Source of the DNA: Malacoraja senta
Lineage: Eukaryota
Direction: 5' to 3'
Length of the DNA stretch: 64,000 bases
Assembly: GCA_038087875.1 (NCBI GenBank)
Contig: CM075992.1
Location: 8,186,001-8,250,000 of the forward strand
Shown here: one piece after another, positions 1 through 12,030 of the stretch
Layout of the letters: every line of letters starts with the position of its first letter
Position numbering within the stretch: the first letter of the stretch is position 1
Position numbers and translations under genes: made by a program
The notes under the pieces: generated by a model
Databases searched by the model: none
Seen by the model: only the letters and a program-made list of their open reading frames with translations
What the model was told of the DNA's origin: nothing

Positions 1-170
1 GCTATCCCATCTTTAATAACTGACTCTAGCAGTTTCCCCACTACCGATGTTAGACTAACTGGTCTGTAATTCCCCGTTTTCTCTCTCCCTCCCTTCTTAA
101 AAAGTGGGGTTACGTTTGCTACCCTCCAATCCTCAGGAACTACTCCAGAATCTAAAGAGTTTTGAACACA
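1..170 (-). mobile_element. CR1-clade LINE RT fragment
   Basis: Minus strand translates to GNYRPVSLTSVVGKLLESVIKDGI, the motif at the start of the CR1 RT region. Confidence 0.8.
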
Positions 171-594
171 TTTGATCACAGATGATTCTCTTCATAACCC
201 TCTTCTCTGCAATTTAAACACGTTTACTCATTTTCCCAGTTCTGATGAAGGATCTTCACCTTGAAATGTTGGTTTTCATTCCACGGATGCTGCCTGTTTC
301 CAATATTATTTTAGCATATTTCAGATTTTCAGCATCTCCATTTATTTGCCTACATCATACTGAGATCTGGTGCACAGCCAAGGTACAGTAAAGCTCCGGC
401 AATCTACCACCGACCATACAGAAAGGCTCACCAGATGTTTGATGTGAACCCTCCGGACACCTCGCCGTCTCACCCACTCACCCCACCCCTTGTCCCAGTG
501 CCTATGTTGACCCTTACTCCCTGCCCCCACCCTCCCTTCACTACCGGGGCAATATTTCCCATGCTTCCTTTATATTCACTAAACTGTTATTTCG

Positions 595-870
595 TTTAAT
601 TTAGAGAAACAGCACAGAAACAGGCCCTTTGGCCCACCGAGTCTGCATCGACCAGCGATCCCCGTTACACTAGCACACACTAGGGACAATTTACAATTTT
701 ACCAAGCCAATTAACCTACAAACCTGCATGTCTTTGGAATGTGGGAGGAAACCGGGGCACCCGGAGAAAACCCACACGGTCACGGGGAGGACGTACAAAC
801 TCTGTACAGACAGCACCCGTAAGTCAGGATCTAACCCAGGTCTCTGGCACTGTGCCACTGTGCCGCCCAT
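595..870 (-). mobile_element. HE1-type (V-SINE) tRNA-derived SINE, interrupted at its head by the ribozyme element
   Basis: GGGCGGCAC head, V-domain (CTCCCCGTGACCG.GTGGGTTTTCTCCGGGTG..CCGGTTTCCTCCCAC) and GGGCC.AAGGGCCTGTTTC tail shared with CR1 3' ends. Confidence 0.8.
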
Positions 871-1009
871 CTTCTTCTTCTTTCGTGTGGCGTGCACCGC
901 CTAAAGTTGTAGGACAACTTGTTCTATTTGATCTTCCGTTTGTGCACGTCGAGTTGATTGCATTAGTCGAAACAGGGCGGACCACGTGAAGGTTGCAATC
1001 TTCCACCCC
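871..1009 (-). mobile_element. 139-bp ribozyme-headed SINE-like retroposon with (GAA)n tail
   Basis: Exact 11-bp direct repeat GTGCCGCCCAT at 860-870 and 1010-1020; 3' tail GAAAGAAGAAGAAG; 5' end coincides with ribozyme G1. Confidence 0.85.
956..1009 (-). ncRNA. Minimal HDV/CPEB3-like self-cleaving ribozyme (predicted, 54 nt)
   Basis: Minus strand reads GGGGUGG-AA-GAUUGCA-ACC-UUCACGU-GGU-CCGCCCU-GUUUCGA-CUAA-UGCAAUC. P1 has a G1-U wobble, P2 is a perfect 7 bp, P3 is 3 bp, L3 is UUCACGU and J4/2 is CUAA with the putative catalytic C at 966. Confidence 0.85.
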
Positions 1010-3728
1010 GTGCCGCCCATGTTACTGTGTGACATCTTATAAAACAAACAAATTAAAAGCATTTTGGAGTATTATTCTGGAACAGAAAACAGAAAACCTG
1101 TTAATCCAGCACCACTAAGGCCCCAGGTTATCAGAGTTTTACTGTACAGTTCACTGGTGCATTGTCTTGCTACACACTGCACCCTACAGGCCTCAGCTCC
1201 CGAGCACTGGATTGAACTCCCCGCACAGGGTTGCTTGAACGCTGATTGGAGTCTCCTGCTACACATAGCTTATCACTGCCTCAAATTACCAGTTGTGCAA
1301 GGCAGTGTTTCACACGCAGATAATTAGGCAACCTTTTAAATATCTAATTGGCATTGAAGTCGACTCCGGGTGAGGTTTAAATAAACAGACACCAGACTCC
1401 ACAGTGGGCTAAAGCATCTTATTCAGAGACATCGAACATCTGGTAAAATTACACAAAGACAACAAAATGCTATTTATAACAAAATGACTCTTTTTAAAAA
1501 ATACACCTTTCTATCCATACAAAATAGTCAAATTTCCTAAATAAGCTATGCTATCGGTACAAATGAGAGAAATAAAACCCATGAAGTGAAAAGTAATACT
1601 AACAGCTTCAGCAACCCTTCCGTACTTCAGTAGCATGTTCAGCCCTTAGGCCTTCAGTCAAATCTGTTCCTCTGATAACCTCATTTGAAGTGGTTCATGC
1701 TTTCTTTGTGGCTGACTAAGCAATGGCTGACGTTCCATGGAAAGACTCAGGCAGTTCGCTGGATCTGGGATCATATTTCAGACCATTTGACTCACAAAAG
1801 ATAATGAGAAAATCCTTCAAAATACACGATTTCCTACCCGTTGGCTCATTTCAAAGTAACCTCTATAATAATTAGTGACATGTATTCCGCGCGACACTGG
1901 AGCAGGTTTGAGCAACAAAGTGGCTTACTCTTGCGACATGATTCCAGCAAAATGGAGGGTCTCGATAGAGAAATGACGACAATAGTCTTACAAGAAATGC
2001 ACTTCGGAAAACCTCCTTGACCCAATCAGGAAAGAAGCTTTATTACACTTAGTTCTTGGGGATCTGTGAAAAATATTGTCAGTGGGGAACACTTGAGGAG
2101 CAGCAATCATCAAATAAACTTTGGGAATACATTTTCTATCATAGAAAAGATGTTGAATCTTCATGGATGCCATTGAGCTGGAAAGGGCACAGTGAAGATT
2201 TGCAAGGATGTTGGCAGGACTCAAAGACCTGAGCTATCGGGAGACATTGGGACAGCCAGGACATTATTCCTTGGATTGCAGAAGGCTTCGTAACTTAGTC
2301 GACGACCTATACGTGGCGACTCTTTGCATACTTTGTGTATGGTAGCAAAACAAAGAATTCCACTGTGCCTTGTCACACGTGATAATAAAGTATCAATCAA
2401 AAGGGAATAGAGGGACAGGGGACACTCAGAAATAGAACCTGTACATTGGAGGTCTAACATCCACAGGATGAGCAAGGATCCATCCAAGGTATAGTGGAAC
2501 CAAATATTGGCAGGTAAAAGTGTGGAGGAGCAATGGATGAACAGATGCTTTAGGCACAAGCTAAATACATTCAAACAAAGGGGGGAGTAGGGAAGCCAAA
2601 GCTCCTGGAGAAGCGAGTCAGAGTAGATGATGCAAGAAAAAGTATATGATGGTGCTGTAATTTAAGAGAAGCGAAGAGACAAAAAAAAAAAAAAGAGATT
2701 ATGGTTAGAAAGTGATGGTATACAAAAAGGGCTCCTGAAGTCTCCTGTAGATGTGCAAACAGTCAGGGAAAATGTATTGGGGGAGGGATAGGATTGATTG
2801 ATGTAAACAAAGTGTTCCTTCCATATAAACTGAAGGCTTGGCTCAAATATGTATGGGGTGACAACTGCTAAGTTTTACAAAGACTAGCTATCCCTAAATC
2901 AGTCACCTGGTTAATGCGGGATGCAAGCTCAGTTCCTGAGGAAGTTCAGTGGAGGTTGTGGGCGAGCTGGGCACAATCTTTCAATCCTCCCCTGACATAG
3001 GAAAGATGCCACAGGGTTGAAAAATGAGAACTATTCAGTCAGGCCAGGCAACTATGGATCAGTTAAATTAATCTCAGTTGTGGGGAAACATGTTAAAAAC
3101 AATGACCAGGGAGACAGCAAAAGGCACATGGAGACATTTGAGAAGATACGAGATCCAGCACAATGTTGTTAAAGGCAAATTGTGTTTGACTAACCTGATT
3201 GAAGTTGCTGCAGGAAAATCAGCAGTGGTTGTTTACACAGATTTTTATGAGATATTTCACAAAGTTACTGAACACAAAGCAAAACTGAACTCAATAGAGT
3301 GAAAGAGCAGCATGATAACATTTTAAGGCAGAAAGCAGACAGTAGTGGTAAGTGGTTGTTTTATGCAACCGGGAGATTGTGGTGCTCCCCAGAGTCAATG
3401 CTAGAACCACACCTTTGGATATGGTTTAGTTTAGAGACACAGCATGAAAACCAGACCCTTCGGCCCACCGGGTCCATGACGACCATCGATCACCCATTCA
3501 CACTCGTTCTATGTTATCCCACTCTCTCATCCACTCTCTACACATTGAGGGGTCAATTAACCCACAAACCTGCAAGTCCTTGGGATGTGGGAGGAAACCC
3601 ACATGATCATAGAGAGAATATGCACACTCCACATGGACAGCTTCCAAGATCAGGATTGAACCTGGAACTCTGCACTATGAAGTAGCAGCTCTACCAGCTG
3701 CGTCATTGTGGCTCACACATACACACAC

Positions 3729-3743
<15 letters not shown>

Positions 3744-3764
<21 letters not shown>

Positions 3765-3765
3765 G

Positions 3766-3850
<85 letters not shown>
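3744..3850. repeat. (GA)n microsatellite flanked by (TA)n/(CA)n
   Basis: Directly visible. Confidence 0.98.
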
Positions 3851-3853
<3 letters not shown>

Positions 3854-3865
3854 TATATATATATA

Positions 3866-3988
3866 TCCCATACTCCATTGTCCAGTATGGATAAGGGTAG
3901 TGTGTGCGCGCGTGTGTGCGTATATATATATAATATATATAGACACACACACACAGCCGTTATACATACTGGACAATGGAGTATGGGG
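3866..3988. mobile_element. Small palindromic MITE-like hairpin with microsatellite centre
   Basis: CCCATACTCCATTGTCCAGTATG (3867-3889) is inverted at 3965-3987; TA on both flanks. Confidence 0.55.
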
Positions 3989-6097
3989 TAATATTTGCAA
4001 GGCGTTTGGCATAAATAGAGACAATATTGACTGTACGGCACAGGTTTAGCAGATTATCTGGAACAGCAACACCTGAATGAACCTGTGAATAAATGCTTGG
4101 AATTGCTAGAAGATGGTGAGAGAGGTGGGCAGAGCGCACGCAATCCCACGATTCACAAACTACAAAAGGCAAGAGAGACATGTAGAACCCGTACAAACCA
4201 CTGGTTAGGCAACAACTGGAAAACTGGTCACTGATTCTGGTCACTGCACTCTCCGAAGCAAGTACAAATCCCAGGGAGGATGTGGAAAGCATTAAATTGA
4301 ACGATTCCAGGATGGAGTTATTCCTGCTGCTAAAGTAGTTTGCATCAACCAGTATTGTTCGTCTTGGACTGCAGTAAATTACAAGAGGGAACAATGATGG
4401 AGCCGGCGTGGGGGGGGCGTTGAGAACAAGGAGGGACCTGGCGGGGGGTGGGCCGAGAGGAGGGACCATCGCGACCATATTGAATACTTTGAATATTGAA
4501 TATATTATAACTTTGTCGCCGCCCTAACCATGGCGACTCTTTGCATACGTGAATTGTTTGTAAAACAAAGAATTTCACTGTACCAAGTACATGTGACAAT
4601 AAAGTATCAATCTATTAAGATTTGACAAGTTTCTATAACGCATAAGAAAGAAATAGTTTCAATTTGAAGATGATTCAACAGCATGGGGTCCCAGATTTAA
4701 AAGTTTGGCCAGTAAGGTCACAACTAATAGGAAGGTAGAGTCGAGGGGAATATAGGGAAAATAAAGTGGGATCAGTGTAGGTTTAGTGTAGAAGGTACTT
4801 GGTAGTTGGCATGGACTCAGTGGGGCAAAGGGCCTGTTTGGCTCAAGAATGTGAGATGTACTTTTATGCCAAGGCAGCAAACGTGGAATTCGCTGCACCT
4901 TCTGGTGGAAATGAAAGCAGTTTGAGCTTTTAAAAGTCAACTGGATGGGTGGAGAGAGAAGAATCTGCAGGAGTGTGGGGAAAGAGTGGGGCAACGGGAC
5001 TGATGAACTTGGTCTACCAGCAGGAGGCAAAATCTCACACAGCTTAAAGCCGCCATTTACTGTTCACTTCATACAGCTGCTGCACAAATGTTGGTTTATG
5101 GGTTCAGAGAAAAACTGAACATCTAGCTGTCTGACCACTCCAGTGCATTGATCTATATTTGTTTCAGGCGTAGAAATTTATACATAACGTCAGCAGGACT
5201 AGAACAAGATTACAGCCTTGTGAACGTAGGAAGCTGACATCAGGAACCGTGGCCCTCCGTACAGCAATCGTGGCCCTCTGTGACACTATAATGTGCTAAG
5301 AGTCGCAGTACAGCAGTTTTACAGCATACCTGGAGTGAGGGAAGCCCAGGACAGAGTCAAGGTTTGTAGAGGAGCACAGTGGCAAGGTTAGTGCACTGAT
5401 GGCCGGAGATACAGACCACAGATCCAGAGACCCAAGGATCAATCCCATTACGGCAGATGAAGAATTTAATTCAAGTCACAGGGTCCATTGCATAGAAGCA
5501 GGCCCTTCATCCCAACACGTTCATGCTGACCATCAAACCAATATCTAGACTAAATACCTGTCTGAAAAAGGGTCTCAACCCGAAACACCACCTATTCCTT
5601 TTCGCCCGAGATGCTGCCTGACCCTCTGAGTTACTCTAGCATTTGGTATCCATCTATACTAAACCTATTTACCAACTCTCAGCCCCAATGTGGAAGCTAA
5701 AGCAGTTTCCTCTGCTTATTGCCATAAACAGTCGTCTAGTTCACTGAAGCCCTGAAGGGCAAGAGTTATGTTGTTACTCCACTCTGGCATAGTGTCACCT
5801 CAGACCAAGAATGACCCTTGTGCAACTTCTCTGTTAAGTGGAATTGGGAATGGACAACAAAACTGGCGTGGTGTCCTCATCCAGTGAAGAATAAAATAAC
5901 ACTGACAGGGATTCGATTCCCTCAGTGCAACCAGCAGAGGTGTGATTCCTTCAGATGAGTGGGCCAACTGATGCTACAAGAGGAGAAGTCTCTTTCCCCA
6001 CGGACGATGGTGTGAATGGCAAGTACCAAATGGATGGGACATTCAGCACTGTTTATGAGAGACAAGGCACTCAGTGCAGCAAGCTAAACAAACAAGG

Positions 6098-6325
6098 GTG
6101 TGTACGAAGGAACTGCAAATGCTGCTTTAAACCAAAGATAGACACAAAAAGCTGGAGTGACTCAGCGGATCAGATAGCATCTCTGGAGAAAAGGAATAGG
6201 TGATGTTTCGGGTCATAACCTTTCTTGACAGGTCATGACAGGTCTCGACTCGAAACATCACCTTTTCTTTTTCCCCAGATATGCTGTCTGACCTGTACTC
6301 CAGCTTTTTGTGTCTATCTTCGTCT
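6098..6325. mobile_element. Penelope-derived inverted-pLTR hairpin insertion
   Basis: Inverted arms GACACAAAAAGCTGGAGT...ACTCCAGCTTTTTGTGTC; TSD TAAACAAACAAGG at 6085-6097 and 6326-6338. Confidence 0.75.
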
Positions 6326-9300
6326 TAAACAAACAAGGCATTGGATTAGCCAGAGTGACTATGGGAATGACAAAAGGCCAAGGCATTCCATTGACTAATG
6401 AGGGATAAGATACACTGCAGCAGTGACGGCTCTCTGAAGCTGTCCATGACTCACGGGCATTACAAGGCCTGGTGTTTAAATTAACACCATGTCCACGACA
6501 ACCTCTGGACCTCTAAATCTCATCTCATTTACCCGCATTAGCTCTGAAGCCTCTCACAATATGGACATTCAAGTACCAGTCTCCCAATGTACTCATGTAT
6601 AGTATGACATGATTTTTACTGTTTAATTTAGTATAGAGATATGGCGTGGATAAAATGTTACATTTTAAAGTTTTGTACCAAATAAAATTATTTTAAAACG
6701 TCCATTAGGGAGACAATGTGACTGACGAGGGGAAAGCTCTTCAGAACTTTCACTGGTGTGGGATGTTGGGGGGGCGGGACCTCACAGGCTGGCTCCTGTG
6801 AGGATATAGAAATAAGGCTCTGCAGATGCTGGTTTACAAAAGAATGCACAAAGTTCTGGAATAACTCGTCGGGTCACGCAGCACCCTGAGAACATGGAGA
6901 TTATAAAAACAGTGCAGGGGTGGGGAACATTAAGGTTGGAGGCTGTGGAGGAGAGATCGCCAGAGGTGATGAGATGAGTCTGGGAGATGGTCTTGCGTTC
7001 ATCTGTGGGGTCATGGCCAAGGGGTAGGTATCAGGAGGTGTCCGAGAGCTGGCTCTTGGCCATCAGCAATTCCTTCCTGCAACTGACCTGTCCCGTCCTG
7101 TTTCCATTTTATAGGCACTTTCCACAAACCTCTTCAGTGCAGCCTCATCAATGTTTTGTACAGCTGCAACGTGACATCCCATATTTTATACTCAATTCCT
7201 CAGCCTATCAAAGCATGCATCAAATGCCCTTTTCATTACCCGACTGACCTGTGTCACTACTTTCAGGGAGCTATGGACATGTACCCCAAGGTCCCTCTGT
7301 ACATCGACATTCCTCAGGTCCCTATCATTTGTCCTGTGGAATTTGACTTCCCAAAATGTATGACCTTGTGTTATTTAGATGTATTTTATCTAGATTAAAA
7401 TCCATTTGCCACCACTCTGCCCAACATTCTAACTGATCTAGGTCCCACTGTATTCTTGGACACCCTATTTCTTTACCACAACTCCACCAGATTTTGTGTT
7501 GTCTGCAAAATTTCGAATTAGTTCACCTCCATTCTCATCCAATTTAAAAGACATTTGGACGTACATGGGTAGAAATGGTTTATGTGCCAAATGCGGGCAG
7601 GTGCGACTAGCATAGATGGGGCATCCTGATCAACATGGGCAAGTTGGGCTGAAGGGCCCGTTTCTGTGCTGTATGAATCTATGACTCTAAGTCATGTAGA
7701 TATGCCACAAACAGCAAAAGTTCCAGGACCGATCCCTTCCTTCAAATCTCCCTCAGAACTGCTACAATCTTCTCGACCTGAAACGTCACCCATTCCTTCT
7801 CTCCAGAGATGCTGCCTGTCCAGCTTAGTTACTCCAGCATTTTGTGTCTATCTACAATTTTCTCTCTTCCTCGCTTAGCACCCTGGCATACACCTCTTCT
7901 GGTCTTGGAGATTTATGCACCCCAAATGCGCTCCACGCATCAGTCAGTTCCTCCTTTCCGATACGGTCCCGCACCAGAATATCACCTCACCCTTCCTGCA
8001 TCCTAACTCTGCAGTCTCCACCTCCTTCCCACTAGCAAATACCAATAAAAAGGAATTGGGAATGTAGGAACTCTCTCAGAGCCCCTGCCTGGTTCCATGG
8101 ATAAATTACCCCTTTGGTCCCCGAGGAGGCTTATGCCTTCATTAGCCACCCTCTTATTTCAAATATACATATAAATGAAGTTATGATTATCCTTAATCCT
8201 ACATGCAAAGGTTACTTCATGCCCCCTTTATGCCCGACTAATGTTTGTTTTCTCCTTAAACCTCATATGCCTCGTTCAGTACCAATTTCCTCTACCTGAC
8301 TCCAGCTTCCTTTTGGTTTTCCATTGACTAAACCTCCAATAACCTTCATTAACCAGGTTTCCTCAAACGTACCATCTCGTTGCACCTCACCTTTTCTCAT
8401 GGCCATTCAGATAATTATCTGTCCTCTCGTGACTGCTACCAAAGTGGATCACCACACACTTACCGACATTCTGCTGCATCTACCATATATAAGTACACTC
8501 GCTCTCTTTGCGTCCTCCTCAAGGCTCACCCTCCTCCCAGTTCGGGATGAGTGGAGCTGCTCCTGCACCTTCCCATCACATGCAGGTCAGACACAGGCTG
8601 GAGTTGTGTCTGCACTCTATCCTGAACACTCCCAGCTCAGGGACAGCACTGGGTTTTGACTTGTTTAAAACAAAAAGGGGAAATAAAATTCACAAGTAGT
8701 AAACCAGACAAAGAACGTTCAATAAACGGAGCAGGCACGTCCCATTGAGGGAATATAGACATGGAAGAAGTGCAAGGTTGTAGCAAAGGGAGCAGAGGAA
8801 TGGAGGATTGAACTGGGAAGTTGCTCTGGTAAAGAGCCAGTACAACACGATGGGCCAAATGGCCTCCTGCGCTGTTACTGTTCCATCAAACATTAACCCC
8901 TGCTCCTCTTTCCACTGATTTTGCCTGACCTGCTGTGCCTAAGTTCATAACTGATAGGAGCACAATTGGGCCATTCGGCCCATCAAGTCTACTCTGCCAT
9001 TCAATCATGGCTGATCTATCTTTCCCTCTTAACCCTATTCTCCTGCTTTCTCCCCATAACCCCTGACAGCTGGATGAGAGTGTGTAGGAGAGGGGGTACA
9101 AGGAGTTCAGTACAGGGAGACTACAGTGTGACCGGCAAAGAGCTCGCTATAGCAAGCACGCAGTATTACTGGTGAGGAGCAAGGAGCTGGGTACAGCAGA
9201 ACAGAAGGTGATGCAGCACAGGTGATACAGCCCACAATATCTATCCACACCACCAATCAAGTTCCTCACCACGAGATCCATATACCAGCACTCTATCGCT

Positions 9301-10332
9301 CTGCCTTGACGATTTAAGAGCTCGTCTAGATGTATCTTAAATGTTGCAACACTCTCTACCTCCACCACCCCCTTAGGCAGTCTGTTCCAGATCCCAAACA
9401 CACTCTGGGTGAGAGTTCTTCCTCAGATCCTCTCTAAACTTCATCCCATTGCCTAAACCTACAGATTTTTGTTTTAGGCGCCCCGGATATCTTTTGAGAT
9501 ATCTTTCCTACTCTCCACTTGATCTAATGCCCATCATAATTGTTATGCCTCCTCAACCTCCAAAGGAAGCAAATCCAGCCTCTCGTCAGCTGAAAGAGAT
9601 GAGACAGTGGCACAGCTGGTGGAGCTGCTGCCTCACAGCTCCAGAGACCCAAGTTCAACTGGAAGGGCCTGTTTCCATGTTGTATCCCTCATGGAACACT
9701 CCATCCCAGGCAGCATCCTGGTGAATCTCATCTAAGCCTTCTCCAGCGTAATCACCTCCTTCCTACCGGGCGGCGATCAGAACTGCACAGCATAACTATC
9801 ATGAGGTAACATTGACCTGACCAATGTTTCGTAATGCAGAAACAAAAAAACTGCAGATGTTGGGTTTATTAAAAAAAAGACACAAAGTGCTGGAATAACA
9901 ACGGGTCAGGCAGCATCAGTCTGAAGAAGGAAAAATCTGACTGGAAACATCACCTATCCATGTTCTCCAGAGATGCTGCCTGACTCGCTGATTTAATCCA
10001 GCACTTTGTGTCTTTCAATGTTTTCTAATGTTGTATATATCCTCCCTGCTCTTATATTCTAGGCCCTGACAAATGAAGAAATATATCCTTTATGCTATCT
10101 TTGTAATTTTATCTACCCATGTTTTATGAATCCTTGGACTTGTATACTGAGAGCCCTCTGTTCATCAATACTCCCTAGGGCTTTTGTATGCATTTTGTAT
10201 GTCCTATCTAAATTAGTCCCCACACAAATCCCATTTTCCAGAAGGATTAGAGTGTGATAGATGATAGACAAGGAGCCGTCATCAAGATGACAGTGTCACT
10301 GGTGTGTTGTTAATGAGCTGAATAAAGGACAA

Positions 10333-10637
10333 GTTTAGTTTAGAGATACAGTGCGGAAATAGGCTCTTCGGCCCACCGAGTCCGCGCTGACCAGCGATCC
10401 CTGCACACTTACACTATCGTACACACACGAGGGACAATTTGCAATTATGCCAAGCCAATTAACCTACAAATCTGTACGTCTTTGGAATGCGGGAGGAAAC
10501 CGGAGATCACAGAGAAAACCCACGCAGGTCACAGGGAGAACATACAAACTCCGTACAGACAGCACCCGTAGTCAGGATCAAACCCGTATCTCTGGCGCTG
10601 TGAGGCAGCAACTCTACCGCTGCGTCGCCGTGCCACC
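10333..10637 (-). mobile_element. HE1-type SINE, near full length
   Basis: tRNA-like head, V-domain and CR1-type tail ending in (CTAAA)n. Confidence 0.85.
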
Positions 10638-10907
10638 CCTGAAAGCAACTCTGGAAGCAAGATGGGAGTGGAATGCTTGGCCCTGCTAGAAACAATGGGA
10701 CAGTGTCAGGTAAGGACACAACAGACCTTCCATATGGGAAGGTGACAGTGCAACTTGCTCAGAGGATGTGCGGCTGCAAGTATCCTCGGGACACAGTGCA
10801 GACTGACAAGATGGTCTTGGTTCCTGGTACATCTGGACAGTTTGCTGCCAAGATCTTACTTTGAAAAGCCTTTTAAAAGTATAAAGTGTGCTACGAAATA
10901 CACACGA

Positions 10908-10909
<2 letters not shown>

Positions 10910-10968
<59 letters not shown>

Positions 10969-11113
10969 ATGTGTATGTATATATATACAAACACACACAT
11001 ATATATATATATATACACAGATATATATATACACACACATACACATATATACACACACACATATATACACACACACACACACATACACACACACACATAT
11101 ATATATATATATA
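10910..11113. repeat. Compound (TA)n/(TG)n/(CA)n microsatellite in the presumed PKN1 3' UTR
   Basis: Directly visible; begins about 130 nt downstream of the stop codon. Confidence 0.95.
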
Positions 11114-11242
11114 CTTTTTTTTTTTTTAAGGCAAATAATTGCACCCGGAACACTCTCGCATTGCCGCTGCTTTTAAGGCTTAACGCTTTGTAAATATGAA
11201 ACCAGTCTCTCGCACGGTTTGGAACAAGGAGGCCACTTAACA

Positions 11243-11455
<213 letters not shown>

Positions 11456-11710
11456 TTAAGCAGCCAGGGAGTTCAACGTTATTTTCAACGTAGGAAACAA
11501 GAGTGGAAAATCAACATCCATTTGAAATATTCGGACAAACATTTCTCCAAAATTGAAAGACTAATTAATGCCGGCCACATAACTTCATGTCTATTTTTGG
11601 AGTAAACCAGCATCTGCAGTTCCTTCCTACACATAACATCATGCACTACCCATGCACAGGATTTTTCATTGGAGAGTTTTAAAGCCAACAGATTGTTTTA
11701 TGGAGCAGAA

Positions 11711-12030
11711 CAGGTCCACCATCAATTTTCCGGCACCCTTGGTTCCAGAGCCTTGCCGGATTACCCATTTTGCCAGACCAACAGAGGTGACGTAATAATA
11801 ATAATTCAATACACCTCTGACCCACTAACTGCGCTCCCCGCCCCGCAACCGTCTCTAAAGCTAGAAACTTGAATTTAAAAATAACAATGAACAAAGAAGC
11901 AAACAATTAACTCTTTCAGCACAGAGGCATGGAAAGAGTGTGTACCACAAGCAATGCTCTGGTAATTTAGTCTGGATTAAAGGAAGTGTCGGACCATCAG
12001 TTGCTGGAGAATTGGTGGTGGGTGGACCTG
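11711..12030. mobile_element. Old MITE (Tc1/pogo-like termini)
   Basis: CAGGTCCACCATCAATTTTCCGGCA at the left end and a degenerate inverted copy ending GGTGGACCTG at the right; TSD unclear. Confidence 0.5.

Noticed and set aside
3675..4041. Low-complexity ORFs (RERERE, SLSLSL; also 10686-11243 and 28409-28946)
   Set aside because: Translations of dinucleotide microsatellites, not genes.
1021..10300. A second gene (for example PTGER1, the PKN1 neighbour in mammals) or a defined PKN1 poly(A) site
   Set aside because: No GPCR-like exon or convincing ORF seen, and no poly(A) site could be assigned from sequence alone.
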